The position numbers and the translations under genes were made by a program. A DNA stretch of 64,000 bases, from contig JAZQAZ010000008.1 in NCBI GenBank assembly GCA_045545475.1, positions 96,001 through 160,000 of the forward strand, in the 5' to 3' direction. This DNA is from Clostridia bacterium. GTDB lineage: Bacteria; Bacillota; Clostridia; CAKSNL01; HGM11501. How positions within the stretch are numbered: the stretch's first letter is position 1; each line of letters opens with the position of its first letter. Below, piece after piece: positions 17,722-27,776 of the stretch. A model generated the notes under the pieces. The model had not been told where the DNA came from and ran no database searches. It saw only the letters and a list, made by a program, of their open reading frames with translations.

Positions 17722-18171
17722 ATGAAAGTAGTATTACTTAAAGACGTTAAGGCACAGGGAAAAAAGGGTGATATTATAAACGTCAGCGACGGATACGCAA
17801 GAAATTTCCTTTTACCAAAGGGACTTGCGGTTGAGGCAACCTCAAATGCTCTTAATGACCTTAAAGGCCAGAAAGAGTCGGAGGCTTACAGAAAAGAAAC
17901 AGAACTTGCTAATGCAAAAGAACTTGCGGAAAAGATTACAGGCGTTACTGTTGAACTTTCCGCAAAGGCAGGCGATAACGGAAAACTTTTCGGTTCAATC
18001 ACTGCTTCCGATGTTGCTATGGGACTTAAAATGCAGCATCATGTCGTAATTGATAAGAAAAAGTTTAATTTACCTGATGGCATTAAACATACCGGAATTA
18101 CAGAGGTGGAAGTGAAGATATACCCTGCAATTTCTGCGAAAATAAAGGTTAGTGTAACAGGAACCAATTAA
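17722..18171 (+). CDS. rplI: 50S ribosomal protein L9
   Basis: [36 protein letters not shown]. Confidence 0.98.
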   Translation: MKVVLLKDVKAQGKKGDIINVSDGYARNFLLPKGLAVEATSNALNDLKGQKESEAYRKETELANAKELAEKITGVTVELSAKAGDNGKLFGSITASDVAMGLKMQHHVVIDKKKFNLPDGIKHTGITEVEVKIYPAISAKIKVSVTGTN

Positions 18172-18179
18172 AGAAAGAG

Positions 18180-19505
18180 GTGGGTGCCGTGGAGGCAAGA
18201 CAAGCCCCTTATAATATGGGAGCCGAGCAGGCGGTACTCGGCTGTATGCTTACAAATTCAAGTGCTTTGTCGGAAGTTTTTTCTTCTGTAAAGGTGGACG
18301 ATTTTTACACCGAAGCTCACAGACTTATTTTTGAAGCAGCAAAAATGCTGTTTGATACCGGTAAACCTGTAGATATTATAACAGTTACTGAGGCTCTGGG
18401 TGCTAAAGTAGATATGGCAGGGGGACTTAATTATCTTTCCAAACTTGCTATGTCTATTGTTACAACGCAGAATCTTTCGCAGTATTTGAAAATTGTAAAG
18501 GATTCATCCAATATAAGACGACTTATTGAGGCTGCAAATGAAATCGCCGAAATGGGATATCTTAACGAAGAAGATGCTGAAATCATTTTGGACAGGGCGG
18601 AACAGAAGGTATTTGCCATAGCTGAAAACAGAAGCAACATGGGATTTTCTCATATTCGCGATATTCTGATAAACTCAATAGAAAATGTTGAGAAACTTCG
18701 TGAAGCAGGCGGAAAAATAGCAGGTGTTCCCACCGGATTTACCGATCTTGATAATATGTTGGCCGGACTTCAGAAATCAGACCTTATTTTACTTGCAGCA
18801 CGTCCGGCTATGGGTAAAACGGCATTTGCACTTAATATGGCACAGCACATTGCCGTTAACTCTAAAGTTCCTGTTGCAATTTTTAATCTTGAAATGAGTA
18901 AAGAACAGATTGTAAACCGTATGATTTGCTCTGAAGCCTTGGTTGAAAACAGCAAATTCCGTGTCGGAGATCTTAATGCAGAAGATTGTGCCAGACTTGC
19001 TCAGGCGATAGGAACACTATCTTCGGCACCTATTTATGTTGACGATACAGCTGGTATAGGCATCAGCGAAATAAGAGCGAAATGCAGGCGACTGGCACAG
19101 TCCGAAAAAGGTTTGGGTCTTATAATAATTGACCACATTCAGCTTATGCAGGCAGGCCAGAAATCAGACAGCCGTCAGCAGGAAATTTCCGAAATATCAC
19201 GTTCGTTAAAAATTCTTGCAAAGGAATTGAATGTTCCTGTGGTTGCACTTTCGCAGCTTTCCCGTGCGGTTGAATCCCGTCAGGATAAACGTCCGATGTT
19301 GTCGGATCTTCGTGAATCAGGTGCTATAGAGCAGGATGCCGATATTGTTATGTTCTTATACAGAGATGCGTATTACAATCCGGAAAGTGAAAAGCACAAT
19401 GTTTCAGAATGTATTATTGCAAAACACAGAAATGGTGAAACGGGTAAAATAGAGCTTGTTTACAGAGGGGAATTTGTTAGATTTGAAAACATTTACAAAG
19501 GATAA
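18180..19505 (+). CDS. dnaB: Replicative DNA helicase
   Basis: AEQAVLG, AARPAMGKT, LSQLSR, DLRESGAIEQDAD; start may be GTG 18189. Confidence 0.97.
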   Translation: MGAVEARQAPYNMGAEQAVLGCMLTNSSALSEVFSSVKVDDFYTEAHRLIFEAAKMLFDTGKPVDIITVTEALGAKVDMAGGLNYLSKLAMSIVTTQNLSQYLKIVKDSSNIRRLIEAANEIAEMGYLNEEDAEIILDRAEQKVFAIAENRSNMGFSHIRDILINSIENVEKLREAGGKIAGVPTGFTDLDNMLAGLQKSDLILLAARPAMGKTAFALNMAQHIAVNSKVPVAIFNLEMSKEQIVNRMICSEALVENSKFRVGDLNAEDCARLAQAIGTLSSAPIYVDDTAGIGISEIRAKCRRLAQSEKGLGLIIIDHIQLMQAGQKSDSRQQEISEISRSLKILAKELNVPVVALSQLSRAVESRQDKRPMLSDLRESGAIEQDADIVMFLYRDAYYNPESEKHNVSECIIAKHRNGETGKIELVYRGEFVRFENIYKG

Positions 19506-20808
19506 AAATCTTACTCTTAAAGTAAAAGATAATATCCTCCGCAACCGACTTATTGAAAATGGCGATACGGTAATAGTCGGACTTTCGGGCGGTGCAGATT
19601 CGGTGTGCCTTTTGTATGTTCTGAATGGTCTGAAAGAAGAGATGGATTTCACATTGAAAGCTGCACATATGAATCACGGCATACGAGGAGAAGAGGCTGA
19701 CAGAGATGAAGCGTTTTCAAGGCTTATTTGTGAAAATTTAGGGATTGAGTTTTATTTTGGCTTCAGAGACATCCCGGCTATTTCCGGAGGGAAAAACACA
19801 GAACTCGTTGCAAGAGATGAGCGGTATAAATTTTTTTCGGAGTTATCGGATAAAGAAGGCGGAGCAAAAATTGCGGTGGCACATAATAGAAATGATGTCG
19901 CTGAAACAATGATTATGAGGCTTTTAAGAGGAGCATCGGTTTTCGGATTTTCAGGGATACCTGTTAAGAACAAAAATATTATTAGACCGTTATTAACTGT
20001 TACACGGGAAGAAATAGAGAACTTTCTGCATTACAAAAATATTTCTTATGTGACGGACAGTACCAATCTAACGGACGATTACACGAGGAACCGCATCAGA
20101 CATAGGATTATGCCGGAAATGAAGGTGCTAAACGAAGGGTATCTTACAACAATTGCCGGGACTGCTTCAAAGATGGCAACTGTAGCGGATTTTATAAAAA
20201 CGTCCGCAAAAGAGATTTACGGAGAAATAACGGACGTTATAAATGCGGAAAAGCTTAATGGTTTGCACGACGCATTAAAAGAGTATATAATTTCTGAAAG
20301 TGCCTACAATTCCGGTATAAAGGAACTTTTCGAAAAGAACATTTCTGATATTAAGGATTTACTTGAATCAGAGTCCGGCAAGTTTATTTATTTACCCGAA
20401 GGTTATAGGGCACTTAAGGTATATAACGAAATTAAATTCATAAAGGGAATGGAAAAGGAAAGTTATTCCTATGAATTGAAAGTAGGAATAAATTATATTA
20501 AAGAAGCCAATATGGTTCTTGAAATAACAAAAGGGAAAAAGGGAATAGATGCTGAAAAAATAAAATTTCCACTTATAGCCAGACCGAGAAAAAGCGGAGA
20601 TTATATTGAGGTAAAAGGCACTGACGGAAGAAAAAAAATTAAAAATCTTTTCATTGATGAAAAACTTCCGATAGATAAACGGGATAGTTATCCGATTATC
20701 GTATCCGGAGATGAGGTGGTTTTTGCTCTGGGAAGATGTGGAAAGAAATTTATTTCTGATGAAAAAACAAAAGAAGCATATAATATTACAATAACAGAAG
20801 GGGTTTGA
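19483..20808 (+). CDS. tilS: tRNA(Ile)-lysidine synthetase
   Basis: VGLSGGADS, HMNHGIR, AHNRND.AET, IRPLL, RNRIR; start uncertain (TTG overlapping the end of dnaB). Confidence 0.93.
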   Translation: MKTFTKDKNLTLKVKDNILRNRLIENGDTVIVGLSGGADSVCLLYVLNGLKEEMDFTLKAAHMNHGIRGEEADRDEAFSRLICENLGIEFYFGFRDIPAISGGKNTELVARDERYKFFSELSDKEGGAKIAVAHNRNDVAETMIMRLLRGASVFGFSGIPVKNKNIIRPLLTVTREEIENFLHYKNISYVTDSTNLTDDYTRNRIRHRIMPEMKVLNEGYLTTIAGTASKMATVADFIKTSAKEIYGEITDVINAEKLNGLHDALKEYIISESAYNSGIKELFEKNISDIKDLLESESGKFIYLPEGYRALKVYNEIKFIKGMEKESYSYELKVGINYIKEANMVLEITKGKKGIDAEKIKFPLIARPRKSGDYIEVKGTDGRKKIKNLFIDEKLPIDKRDSYPIIVSGDEVVFALGRCGKKFISDEKTKEAYNITITEGV

Positions 20809-20812
20809 GAAA

Positions 20813-21352
20813 ATGTTAAATGATATTGAGAAGGTTTTAATATCAGAAGAAGAACTTGACTTAAAGACAAGCGAACTTGCGAAAAGAATTTCAGAGGATT
20901 TTGCAGGAGAAAACCTTATTATGATAGGCATTCTTAAAGGTGGGGTTGTTTTTGCCTCTGACATTATAAAAAAAGTCAGCATTCCTATGGAAATTGAATT
21001 TATGGCAGTATCGAGCTACGGAAAGGAGAGCGAAACCTCCGGTGTTGTCATGCTTAAGAAGGATATTGATACTTCTCTTGAGGGAAAGAGTGTAATTGTG
21101 GTTGAGGATATTGTTGACAGTGGATATACAATGAAATATCTTACAAAGTTACTAATGGACAGACATGCAAAAAGTGTCAAAATCTGTACTTTATTAAGTA
21201 AGCCTTCTAGAAGAAAAATAGAAATTCCCCTTGATTATGTGGGATTCGAAGTGCCGGATGAATTTGTTGTAGGTTACGGCCTTGATTTTAATGAAAAATA
21301 CAGAAATCTTCCTTTTGTGGGAGTGTTAAAAAGAGAAGTATACAGCAAATAA
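20813..21352 (+). CDS. hpt: Hypoxanthine phosphoribosyltransferase
   Basis: VVEDIVDSGYT, FVVGYGLD. Confidence 0.96.
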   Translation: MLNDIEKVLISEEELDLKTSELAKRISEDFAGENLIMIGILKGGVVFASDIIKKVSIPMEIEFMAVSSYGKESETSGVVMLKKDIDTSLEGKSVIVVEDIVDSGYTMKYLTKLLMDRHAKSVKICTLLSKPSRRKIEIPLDYVGFEVPDEFVVGYGLDFNEKYRNLPFVGVLKREVYSK

Positions 21353-21364
21353 GAGGAGGTCTTT

Positions 21365-23242
21365 TTGTTGAAAAAAAGTTTTAAGGGAATCGGATTTGCT
21401 TTAATTCTTATCATTTTTATGAACGTTATCTGGAATTATGTAGTGGATCGTGTTCCGGAAAAAGAAATATTATACTCCGATCTGGTGAGTGATATAATTT
21501 CAGGTGATATTTCCAGAATAGAAATAAGCGAAACAAAAGCAAAGGCGACATATAAAGCAAAGGATGAAGATGGCAAGAACAAGATTGTTGTTTATGATAT
21601 TCCCTCTAAGGAGCTTCTATATGCTCAGGTAGGAGAGGAAATGGATGAACAGATTGAGAATAAGAATCTTATAGTGACATATGTGGAAGAATCTTCGGTT
21701 TACGCATGGATATCTCTTCTTTCGCCGTTTTTCATAATTATTGTTATTGGTATAATCTGGAGCGTTATGATGAAAAACGCATCCGGTGGTGGTAGTGCAA
21801 TGAACTTTGGTAAAATTAAGACCAAAGCGGCATCGCCATCTTCTAAGAAAGTGACGTTTGCTGACGTTGCAGGTGTTGATGAAGAAAAAGAAGAACTTAC
21901 TGAAATAGTAGAGTTTCTTAAAAACCCGAAGAAGTATACAGAGCTTGGAGCAAGAATACCGAAGGGAGTTCTCCTTGTGGGCCCTCCTGGTACTGGTAAA
22001 ACATTGCTTGCAAAAGCTGTGGCAGGAGAAGCGAATGCACCGTTTTTTAGTATAAGCGGATCTGACTTTGTTGAAATGTTTGTTGGTGTGGGTGCGTCGA
22101 GAGTAAGAGACTTATTTGAGCAGGCAAAGAAAAACCAGCCATCAATCATTTTTATTGATGAAATTGATGCTGTGGGCAGACATCGTGGTGCAGGTCTTGG
22201 CGGAGGTCATGATGAAAGAGAGCAGACTCTTAATCAGCTCTTAGTTGAAATGGACGGATTCGGTGTGAACGAAGGTACGATAGTACTTGCGGCGACAAAC
22301 CGTGCTGATATATTAGACCCCGCACTTATGAGGCCGGGAAGATTTGACCGTCAGGTTTATGTTGGTTATCCTGATAAAAAAGGCAGAGAGGAAATTCTTA
22401 AAGTACATGCAAAGAATAAACCTTTAGGACCTGACGTAGATCTTTCTGTCGTTGCTAAATCCACATACGGATTTACAGGAGCTGATCTTGAAAATCTCCT
22501 TAATGAAGCAGCGCTTCTTGCGGCACGTGAAAATAAAAAGGAAATAAATCAGTATCACCTTGATGACGCAATGCTTAAGGTTGTAATGGGACCTGAAAAG
22601 AAATCTAAAGAGATGCAGGAAAAGGATAAAAAGCAGACAGCGTTCCATGAAGCAGGCCATGCTGTTATGGCAAAATGCCTTTCTACACAGGACAAAGTTC
22701 ATCAGGTTTCTATTATACCGAGAGGAAGAGCCGGCGGATTTACAATGTCGCTTCCCGACCACGACAAGGTATATGTTTCAAAAAAGGAAATGTTTGAAGA
22801 CATCGTGAGTCTTATGGGCGGTAGAGTTGCCGAGGAAATGATTTTCGGAGAAATATATACCGGTGCTTCGAGTGATATAGAAAGAGCAACAAAAATTGCT
22901 ACTGATATGGTTACAAAGTACGGTATGAGCGAGAAACTAGGTTCTCGTACGTTCGGTTCCAACGGGGAAGTGTTCATTGGAAAGGATTATGGCCATACTC
23001 AGGAATATTCCGATGCAACAGCTGCTTTGATTGATGAAGAAATCAGCAAAATTGTATCCGAAGCCTATGCTGAGTGTCAGAGGCTTATGGCAGAGCATAA
23101 AGATAAGCTTATTATTGTGGCTGAGGCTCTTATCGAAAAAGAAGTTCTTACAGGCTCTGAGTTTGAAGCCGTTTACGAAGGCACGGCAGAAGAAAATTCC
23201 GATGAAACACAAGATGAGACCGGAGATACAGAAGAAAAATAA
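21365..23242 (+). CDS. ftsH: ATP-dependent zinc metalloprotease FtsH
   Basis: Two [21 protein letters not shown]. Confidence 0.98.
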   Translation: MLKKSFKGIGFALILIIFMNVIWNYVVDRVPEKEILYSDLVSDIISGDISRIEISETKAKATYKAKDEDGKNKIVVYDIPSKELLYAQVGEEMDEQIENKNLIVTYVEESSVYAWISLLSPFFIIIVIGIIWSVMMKNASGGGSAMNFGKIKTKAASPSSKKVTFADVAGVDEEKEELTEIVEFLKNPKKYTELGARIPKGVLLVGPPGTGKTLLAKAVAGEANAPFFSISGSDFVEMFVGVGASRVRDLFEQAKKNQPSIIFIDEIDAVGRHRGAGLGGGHDEREQTLNQLLVEMDGFGVNEGTIVLAATNRADILDPALMRPGRFDRQVYVGYPDKKGREEILKVHAKNKPLGPDVDLSVVAKSTYGFTGADLENLLNEAALLAARENKKEINQYHLDDAMLKVVMGPEKKSKEMQEKDKKQTAFHEAGHAVMAKCLSTQDKVHQVSIIPRGRAGGFTMSLPDHDKVYVSKKEMFEDIVSLMGGRVAEEMIFGEIYTGASSDIERATKIATDMVTKYGMSEKLGSRTFGSNGEVFIGKDYGHTQEYSDATAALIDEEISKIVSEAYAECQRLMAEHKDKLIIVAEALIEKEVLTGSEFEAVYEGTAEENSDETQDETGDTEEK

Positions 23243-23263
23243 GAAAAACAGGATGTAATATCT

Positions 23264-26200
23264 ATGATATTAAAAAGTATTACCATGCAGGGATTTAAAT
23301 CTTTTGCAGATAAAACTACAATTGAATTGGACGGAAATGTTTGTGCCATAGTTGGACCTAACGGAAGCGGAAAGAGTAATATTTCCGATGCAATACTTTG
23401 GGTATTGGGCGAACAAAGTGCAAAAACTCTTCGTGGAAGCAAGATGGAGGATGTCATATTCACAGGAACTCCGAAAAGAAAGCCCAGCGGCTTTGCTGAG
23501 GTTACGCTTACCTTGGATAATTCTGAACATTTGCTTCCTGTAGAATATGCAGAGGTTGCATTTACAAGAAGGGTTTACAGAAGTGGTGAAGGTGAATATT
23601 TTATAAATAAAACGCCTTGCCGACTTAAAGACATCCATGAGATGCTTATGGATACCGGTATGGGACGTGACGGATACAGCATTATCGGTCAGGGAAAGAT
23701 AGACCAGATTCTTTATGCAAACCCTGATGACAGAAGATCCATGTTCGAAGAGGCATCGGGTATATCCAAATATAAATACCGCAAAGCCGAAGCAACACGA
23801 AAGCTTGAAAAGACAAACGATAATCTTGTAAGAATTCTTGATATAGTTTCAGAACTTGAAAATCAGATAGGTCCGCTTAAAGAACAGTCGGAAAAAGCAC
23901 AAAGATTTTTGGTTTTATCAGAAGAATTAAAGGATCTTGAAGTAACGGCCTATGTTAATTCAATAGAGAAAAATAAAGCTTCTTTTGATAAAGCGAAAGT
24001 AAATTATGACGAAATAGAAAAAAGCTTTAACGAGGCAAAAGCACAGTCAGAATCCAACGAAAAAGCTATAGAACAATACTACGAAGAGAAAAAGCTTTTC
24101 GATTCCAGTCTTGAAGAAATAAAAAATCAGGCGTCAGAAATCCTGATGGAAATAACAAGAAAGGAATCTGATATTACCCTTAAAAGAAATACGATTTCGA
24201 ACATAAGTGAAAATATAGGAAGACTTAATGAAGAAATCGTTACACTAAGGGAACAAAATGAAGCCGGTAGTGTTGAAAAAGCAGAAGAAGCTGTCTATAA
24301 GGCTAAGGAAAAGAAAGAAGCTTTGATGCGTGAATTAAATGCTTTGCCGATAACTTCGCTTCGTGAAGAGGTGGATTCTTTAACTGCAAAAACTGCAAAA
24401 AAAGCTTCGGAAATAGATGTTTTATCTGTGCAGATAGAAGGAAGAATGGGAAGACTTGAATCTTTCGATGTAATTGCAGATGAACAAAGTAAGAGGCTTA
24501 ATTCTCTTGCTTCGGAAGAAAAAGAACTTTCTTCTGAAGTTGAAGAACACAGGAAAGAACTTTCTTCTCTCGAATTAAAAAGAGCGGAATGCGAAGAGAA
24601 AACAAGAGAATTTGACGAGCAGAAAAAGTCTATGAATAATGAGTTTTCAGGACTTAACGATGCTAATGAAACACTTAAGACTGAGTATAATAAGGAAAGC
24701 TCAGAACTTCAGGAGAGGCTTTCTCGTCTTCGCTTTTTGGAAGAACTCGAACGTGATATGGATGGTTATTCAGGAGCGGTTAAGAGTATTGTTGAGAATA
24801 AAAATCTTAAAGGTATTAAAGGGGTTCTTTCTGAGCTTATTCATGTTGAAGCTAAGTACATTCCTGCAATTGAAGCATCGCTTGGAGGCTCAATGCAGAA
24901 TATTGTTACGGAAACAGATAAGGATTCAAGAGAGGCAATTGATTATCTTAAATCCAAGGGCAAGGGAAGAGCTACATTTTTGCCCCTTAACATTATTAAA
25001 GAACGCAGTCTTGAAAAAATGAGTCATCCGGGTTATCTTGGACCGGTGTCGGATTTTGTTTCATGTGATAAAGAAATACGTCCCGCTGTCTTGAACCTTT
25101 TGGGAAATGTTGCTCTTTGTGACACGTTTGAAAATGCAATAGGACTTTTCAAAAAGCAAAACGGAAAAGTTAAAATAGTTACCTTGTCCGGAGAATACAT
25201 AAATTCGGGCGGTGCGGTAACCGGAGGAAGTATGAGTAAAATCCGTGGCTTACTTTCACGAAAGCAGGAAATAGCAACATTGGAAGTGAGCTATGCCGAA
25301 CAGCAGGAAAAGGTTAAAACTGCTGAAAAAGCAATTGATAAAAATGAACAGCTTATTGAAAAATTAAGGAAATCAGCAGCCGAGCTTACAGAAAAAATAG
25401 AAAAGAACAAAGAAATATATTCAGATGTCTCTTCAAAAGCTGAAGTCAGAAAAAATATACTTGAAAAAGAAGAAGAAAGACTTTCAGAATTAAGAGAAGC
25501 AAAAAGTGAGTTGGTTTACGGTTTAGAGAACAGAGATAAAGCCAAGGAAGAACTTAAGCAGTCTATTGTTGATGCGGAAAAACAACTTGCAGCAGAAAAA
25601 GAAGCACTTAAAGAAATCAGCAGATTGCTTGAAACTAAAAAACAGGAATTGGAGAATCTCAACCAGGCAAGAATAGATAAGACGATGGAGATAAATAATG
25701 CTTCCAAGGATATCGAAATGTATTTCAATGCCTTGGAGGCTGCAAGAAACGGAGCCGACTCGAGACGTGAACTTTCTGAAGCGAAGGCTCTTGAAATTGC
25801 TCGTCTTGAAAAAGAAATTTCGAGAATTGAAGAAGAAATTAAGCTTGTTTATTTAAGCATTGAGGAGCTTAAAAAGCTTCATGCAGCTAAAGGAGATGAG
25901 CTTGAAGCCAAAAAAGATGAGTTTTCAAAACGTGACGAAAACACATCTAAGCTTCGTGAAAGCAATAAAGAGATTCAGGAACGAGTGATTTCTCTTGCTC
26001 AGGAAATGACAAAACTCGGCAGTAAAATTGAGGCTCTCGAACATATTGTTGAGGAGGAAATAGGAAAGCTCTGGGAAGAATATGAATTGACCTTCTCCGA
26101 AGCTGTAAAAGAGCGTGATGCAAAAGGCAGTAAAACAGGATCCTCAACTCTAATCAATAAACTTAAGAGAGAAATCAAAGATCTTGGAACTATTAATGTT

Positions 26201-26788
26201 GCAGCAATCGAAGATTACAAGAACGTTTCTGAAAGATATGAGTTTTTATCTAATCAGAAAAATGATATGCTGGAAACCAAAGATAATCTTGAGAGAATTA
26301 TTGAAGATATGCAAAAGATCATGTCTGTTCAGTTTACCGAACAGTTTGAGAAGATTAATAATGACTTTAAAGAAACATATGTTGCACTTACCGGTGGCGG
26401 AACTGCAAACATTTCTCTTGCAGATCCTTCGGACGTACTTGAAAGCGGCATAGATATAGAATTACAGCCTCCCGGAAAGAAGCTACAGAACATCATGCTT
26501 TTGTCGGGTGGTGAAAAAGCTATTGCTGCAATTGCATTGTTCTTTGCGATGCTCTCTGTTCGCCCGACTCCTTTCTGCGTATTGGACGAGATTGAAGCAG
26601 CACTGGACGAGAGTAACGTGCAGAGATTTGCATCGTTTTTGCGTAATTATTCCAAGACTCAGTTTTTGGTTATCACTCACAGAAGAGGTACAATGGAATC
26701 TGCAGATATGCTTTACGGCGTGACAATGCAGGAAAAAGGCGTTACAAAGCTTCTTAGCCTTAAGTTAAGCGAAGTAGACCAGAATTAA
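23264..26788 (+). CDS. smc: Chromosome segregation protein SMC
   Basis: GPNGSGKSN, hinge GRATFLPL, LSGGEK, LDEIEAALD. Confidence 0.97.
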   Translation: MILKSITMQGFKSFADKTTIELDGNVCAIVGPNGSGKSNISDAILWVLGEQSAKTLRGSKMEDVIFTGTPKRKPSGFAEVTLTLDNSEHLLPVEYAEVAFTRRVYRSGEGEYFINKTPCRLKDIHEMLMDTGMGRDGYSIIGQGKIDQILYANPDDRRSMFEEASGISKYKYRKAEATRKLEKTNDNLVRILDIVSELENQIGPLKEQSEKAQRFLVLSEELKDLEVTAYVNSIEKNKASFDKAKVNYDEIEKSFNEAKAQSESNEKAIEQYYEEKKLFDSSLEEIKNQASEILMEITRKESDITLKRNTISNISENIGRLNEEIVTLREQNEAGSVEKAEEAVYKAKEKKEALMRELNALPITSLREEVDSLTAKTAKKASEIDVLSVQIEGRMGRLESFDVIADEQSKRLNSLASEEKELSSEVEEHRKELSSLELKRAECEEKTREFDEQKKSMNNEFSGLNDANETLKTEYNKESSELQERLSRLRFLEELERDMDGYSGAVKSIVENKNLKGIKGVLSELIHVEAKYIPAIEASLGGSMQNIVTETDKDSREAIDYLKSKGKGRATFLPLNIIKERSLEKMSHPGYLGPVSDFVSCDKEIRPAVLNLLGNVALCDTFENAIGLFKKQNGKVKIVTLSGEYINSGGAVTGGSMSKIRGLLSRKQEIATLEVSYAEQQEKVKTAEKAIDKNEQLIEKLRKSAAELTEKIEKNKEIYSDVSSKAEVRKNILEKEEERLSELREAKSELVYGLENRDKAKEELKQSIVDAEKQLAAEKEALKEISRLLETKKQELENLNQARIDKTMEINNASKDIEMYFNALEAARNGADSRRELSEAKALEIARLEKEISRIEEEIKLVYLSIEELKKLHAAKGDELEAKKDEFSKRDENTSKLRESNKEIQERVISLAQEMTKLGSKIEALEHIVEEEIGKLWEEYELTFSEAVKERDAKGSKTGSSTLINKLKREIKDLGTINVAAIEDYKNVSERYEFLSNQKNDMLETKDNLERIIEDMQKIMSVQFTEQFEKINNDFKETYVALTGGGTANISLADPSDVLESGIDIELQPPGKKLQNIMLLSGGEKAIAAIALFFAMLSVRPTPFCVLDEIEAALDESNVQRFASFLRNYSKTQFLVITHRRGTMESADMLYGVTMQEKGVTKLLSLKLSEVDQN

Positions 26789-26806
26789 AAAAAACGGAGA
26801 TTTATT

Positions 26807-27712
26807 ATGGGATTTTTTGATAAGTTAAAGGAAGGGCTCGGAAAAACAAGAGCAGCACTTAAAGGCGCGGTCGATAATGTATTTGTTGCCTTTAGTAAAA
26901 TTGATGATGATTTATATGACGAGCTTGAAGAAGCTTTAATTCTTGCGGATCTTGGCGGAGAAACCGCAATGGAAATTGTGGATGAACTAAGAGAACGTGT
27001 AAAATCAAAAAGAATTAATGATACAGAGGAAGCAAAACAGGAGCTTTTCACTCTTATAGGAGAAATTCTTGAGGGCGACGCCAATCTTGATTTGTCAGGT
27101 AAACCTGCTGTTGTTATGGTGATAGGTGTAAATGGCGTAGGTAAAACAACATCAATAGGAAAAATTACATCTGTACTTAAAAATAGTGGAAAAAAGGTCA
27201 TTCTCGCTGCCGCAGATACATTCAGAGCTGCTGCAATTGATCAGCTGGGAGTATGGGCCGAGCGAAACGATGTGCCTATGATTCGCCATGAAGAAGGATC
27301 AGACCCTGCTTCGGTTGTATTTGACGCTTGTGCTGCAGCTAAGAGCAGAGGGGCGGATGTTCTTATCTGTGATACAGCAGGAAGACTTCATAACAAGAAA
27401 AATCTTATGGATGAGCTTCAAAAGATTTACAGAGTAATAAGAAGAGAACTTCCTGAATCCAGCCTTGAGGTTTTGCTTGTGCTTGATGCCACAACCGGAC
27501 AAAATGCGGTTAATCAGGCTGAAATGTTTAAGGAAACCGCTGATATAACCGGCATTGTTTTAACTAAGCTGGATGGAACTGCAAAAGGCGGGATTGTAAT
27601 TAATATTAAGAAAAAATTGGATATTCCCGTTAAATTTGTTGGCGTTGGAGAAGGAATTGAAGATTTACAGGTTTTTGAGTCTGAAAGTTTTGCGAAAGCC
27701 TTATTTGAATAA
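26807..27712 (+). CDS. ftsY: SRP receptor FtsY
   Basis: GVNGVGKTT, DTFRAAA, DTAGR, TKLDGTAKGG. Confidence 0.97.
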   Translation: MGFFDKLKEGLGKTRAALKGAVDNVFVAFSKIDDDLYDELEEALILADLGGETAMEIVDELRERVKSKRINDTEEAKQELFTLIGEILEGDANLDLSGKPAVVMVIGVNGVGKTTSIGKITSVLKNSGKKVILAAADTFRAAAIDQLGVWAERNDVPMIRHEEGSDPASVVFDACAAAKSRGADVLICDTAGRLHNKKNLMDELQKIYRVIRRELPESSLEVLLVLDATTGQNAVNQAEMFKETADITGIVLTKLDGTAKGGIVINIKKKLDIPVKFVGVGEGIEDLQVFESESFAKALFE

Positions 27713-27719
27713 AAGCTAC

Positions 27720-27756
27720 ACACCCTCTTGAGCCTGTTGCGTTCAGGAGGGTGTTT
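27720..27756 (+). terminator. Probable intrinsic terminator after ftsY
   Basis: ACACCCTCTTGAGC...GTTCAGGAGGGTGTTT hairpin, short T tail. Confidence 0.6.
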
Positions 27757-27776
27757 GGTAAAAGAAAGGATTAATT

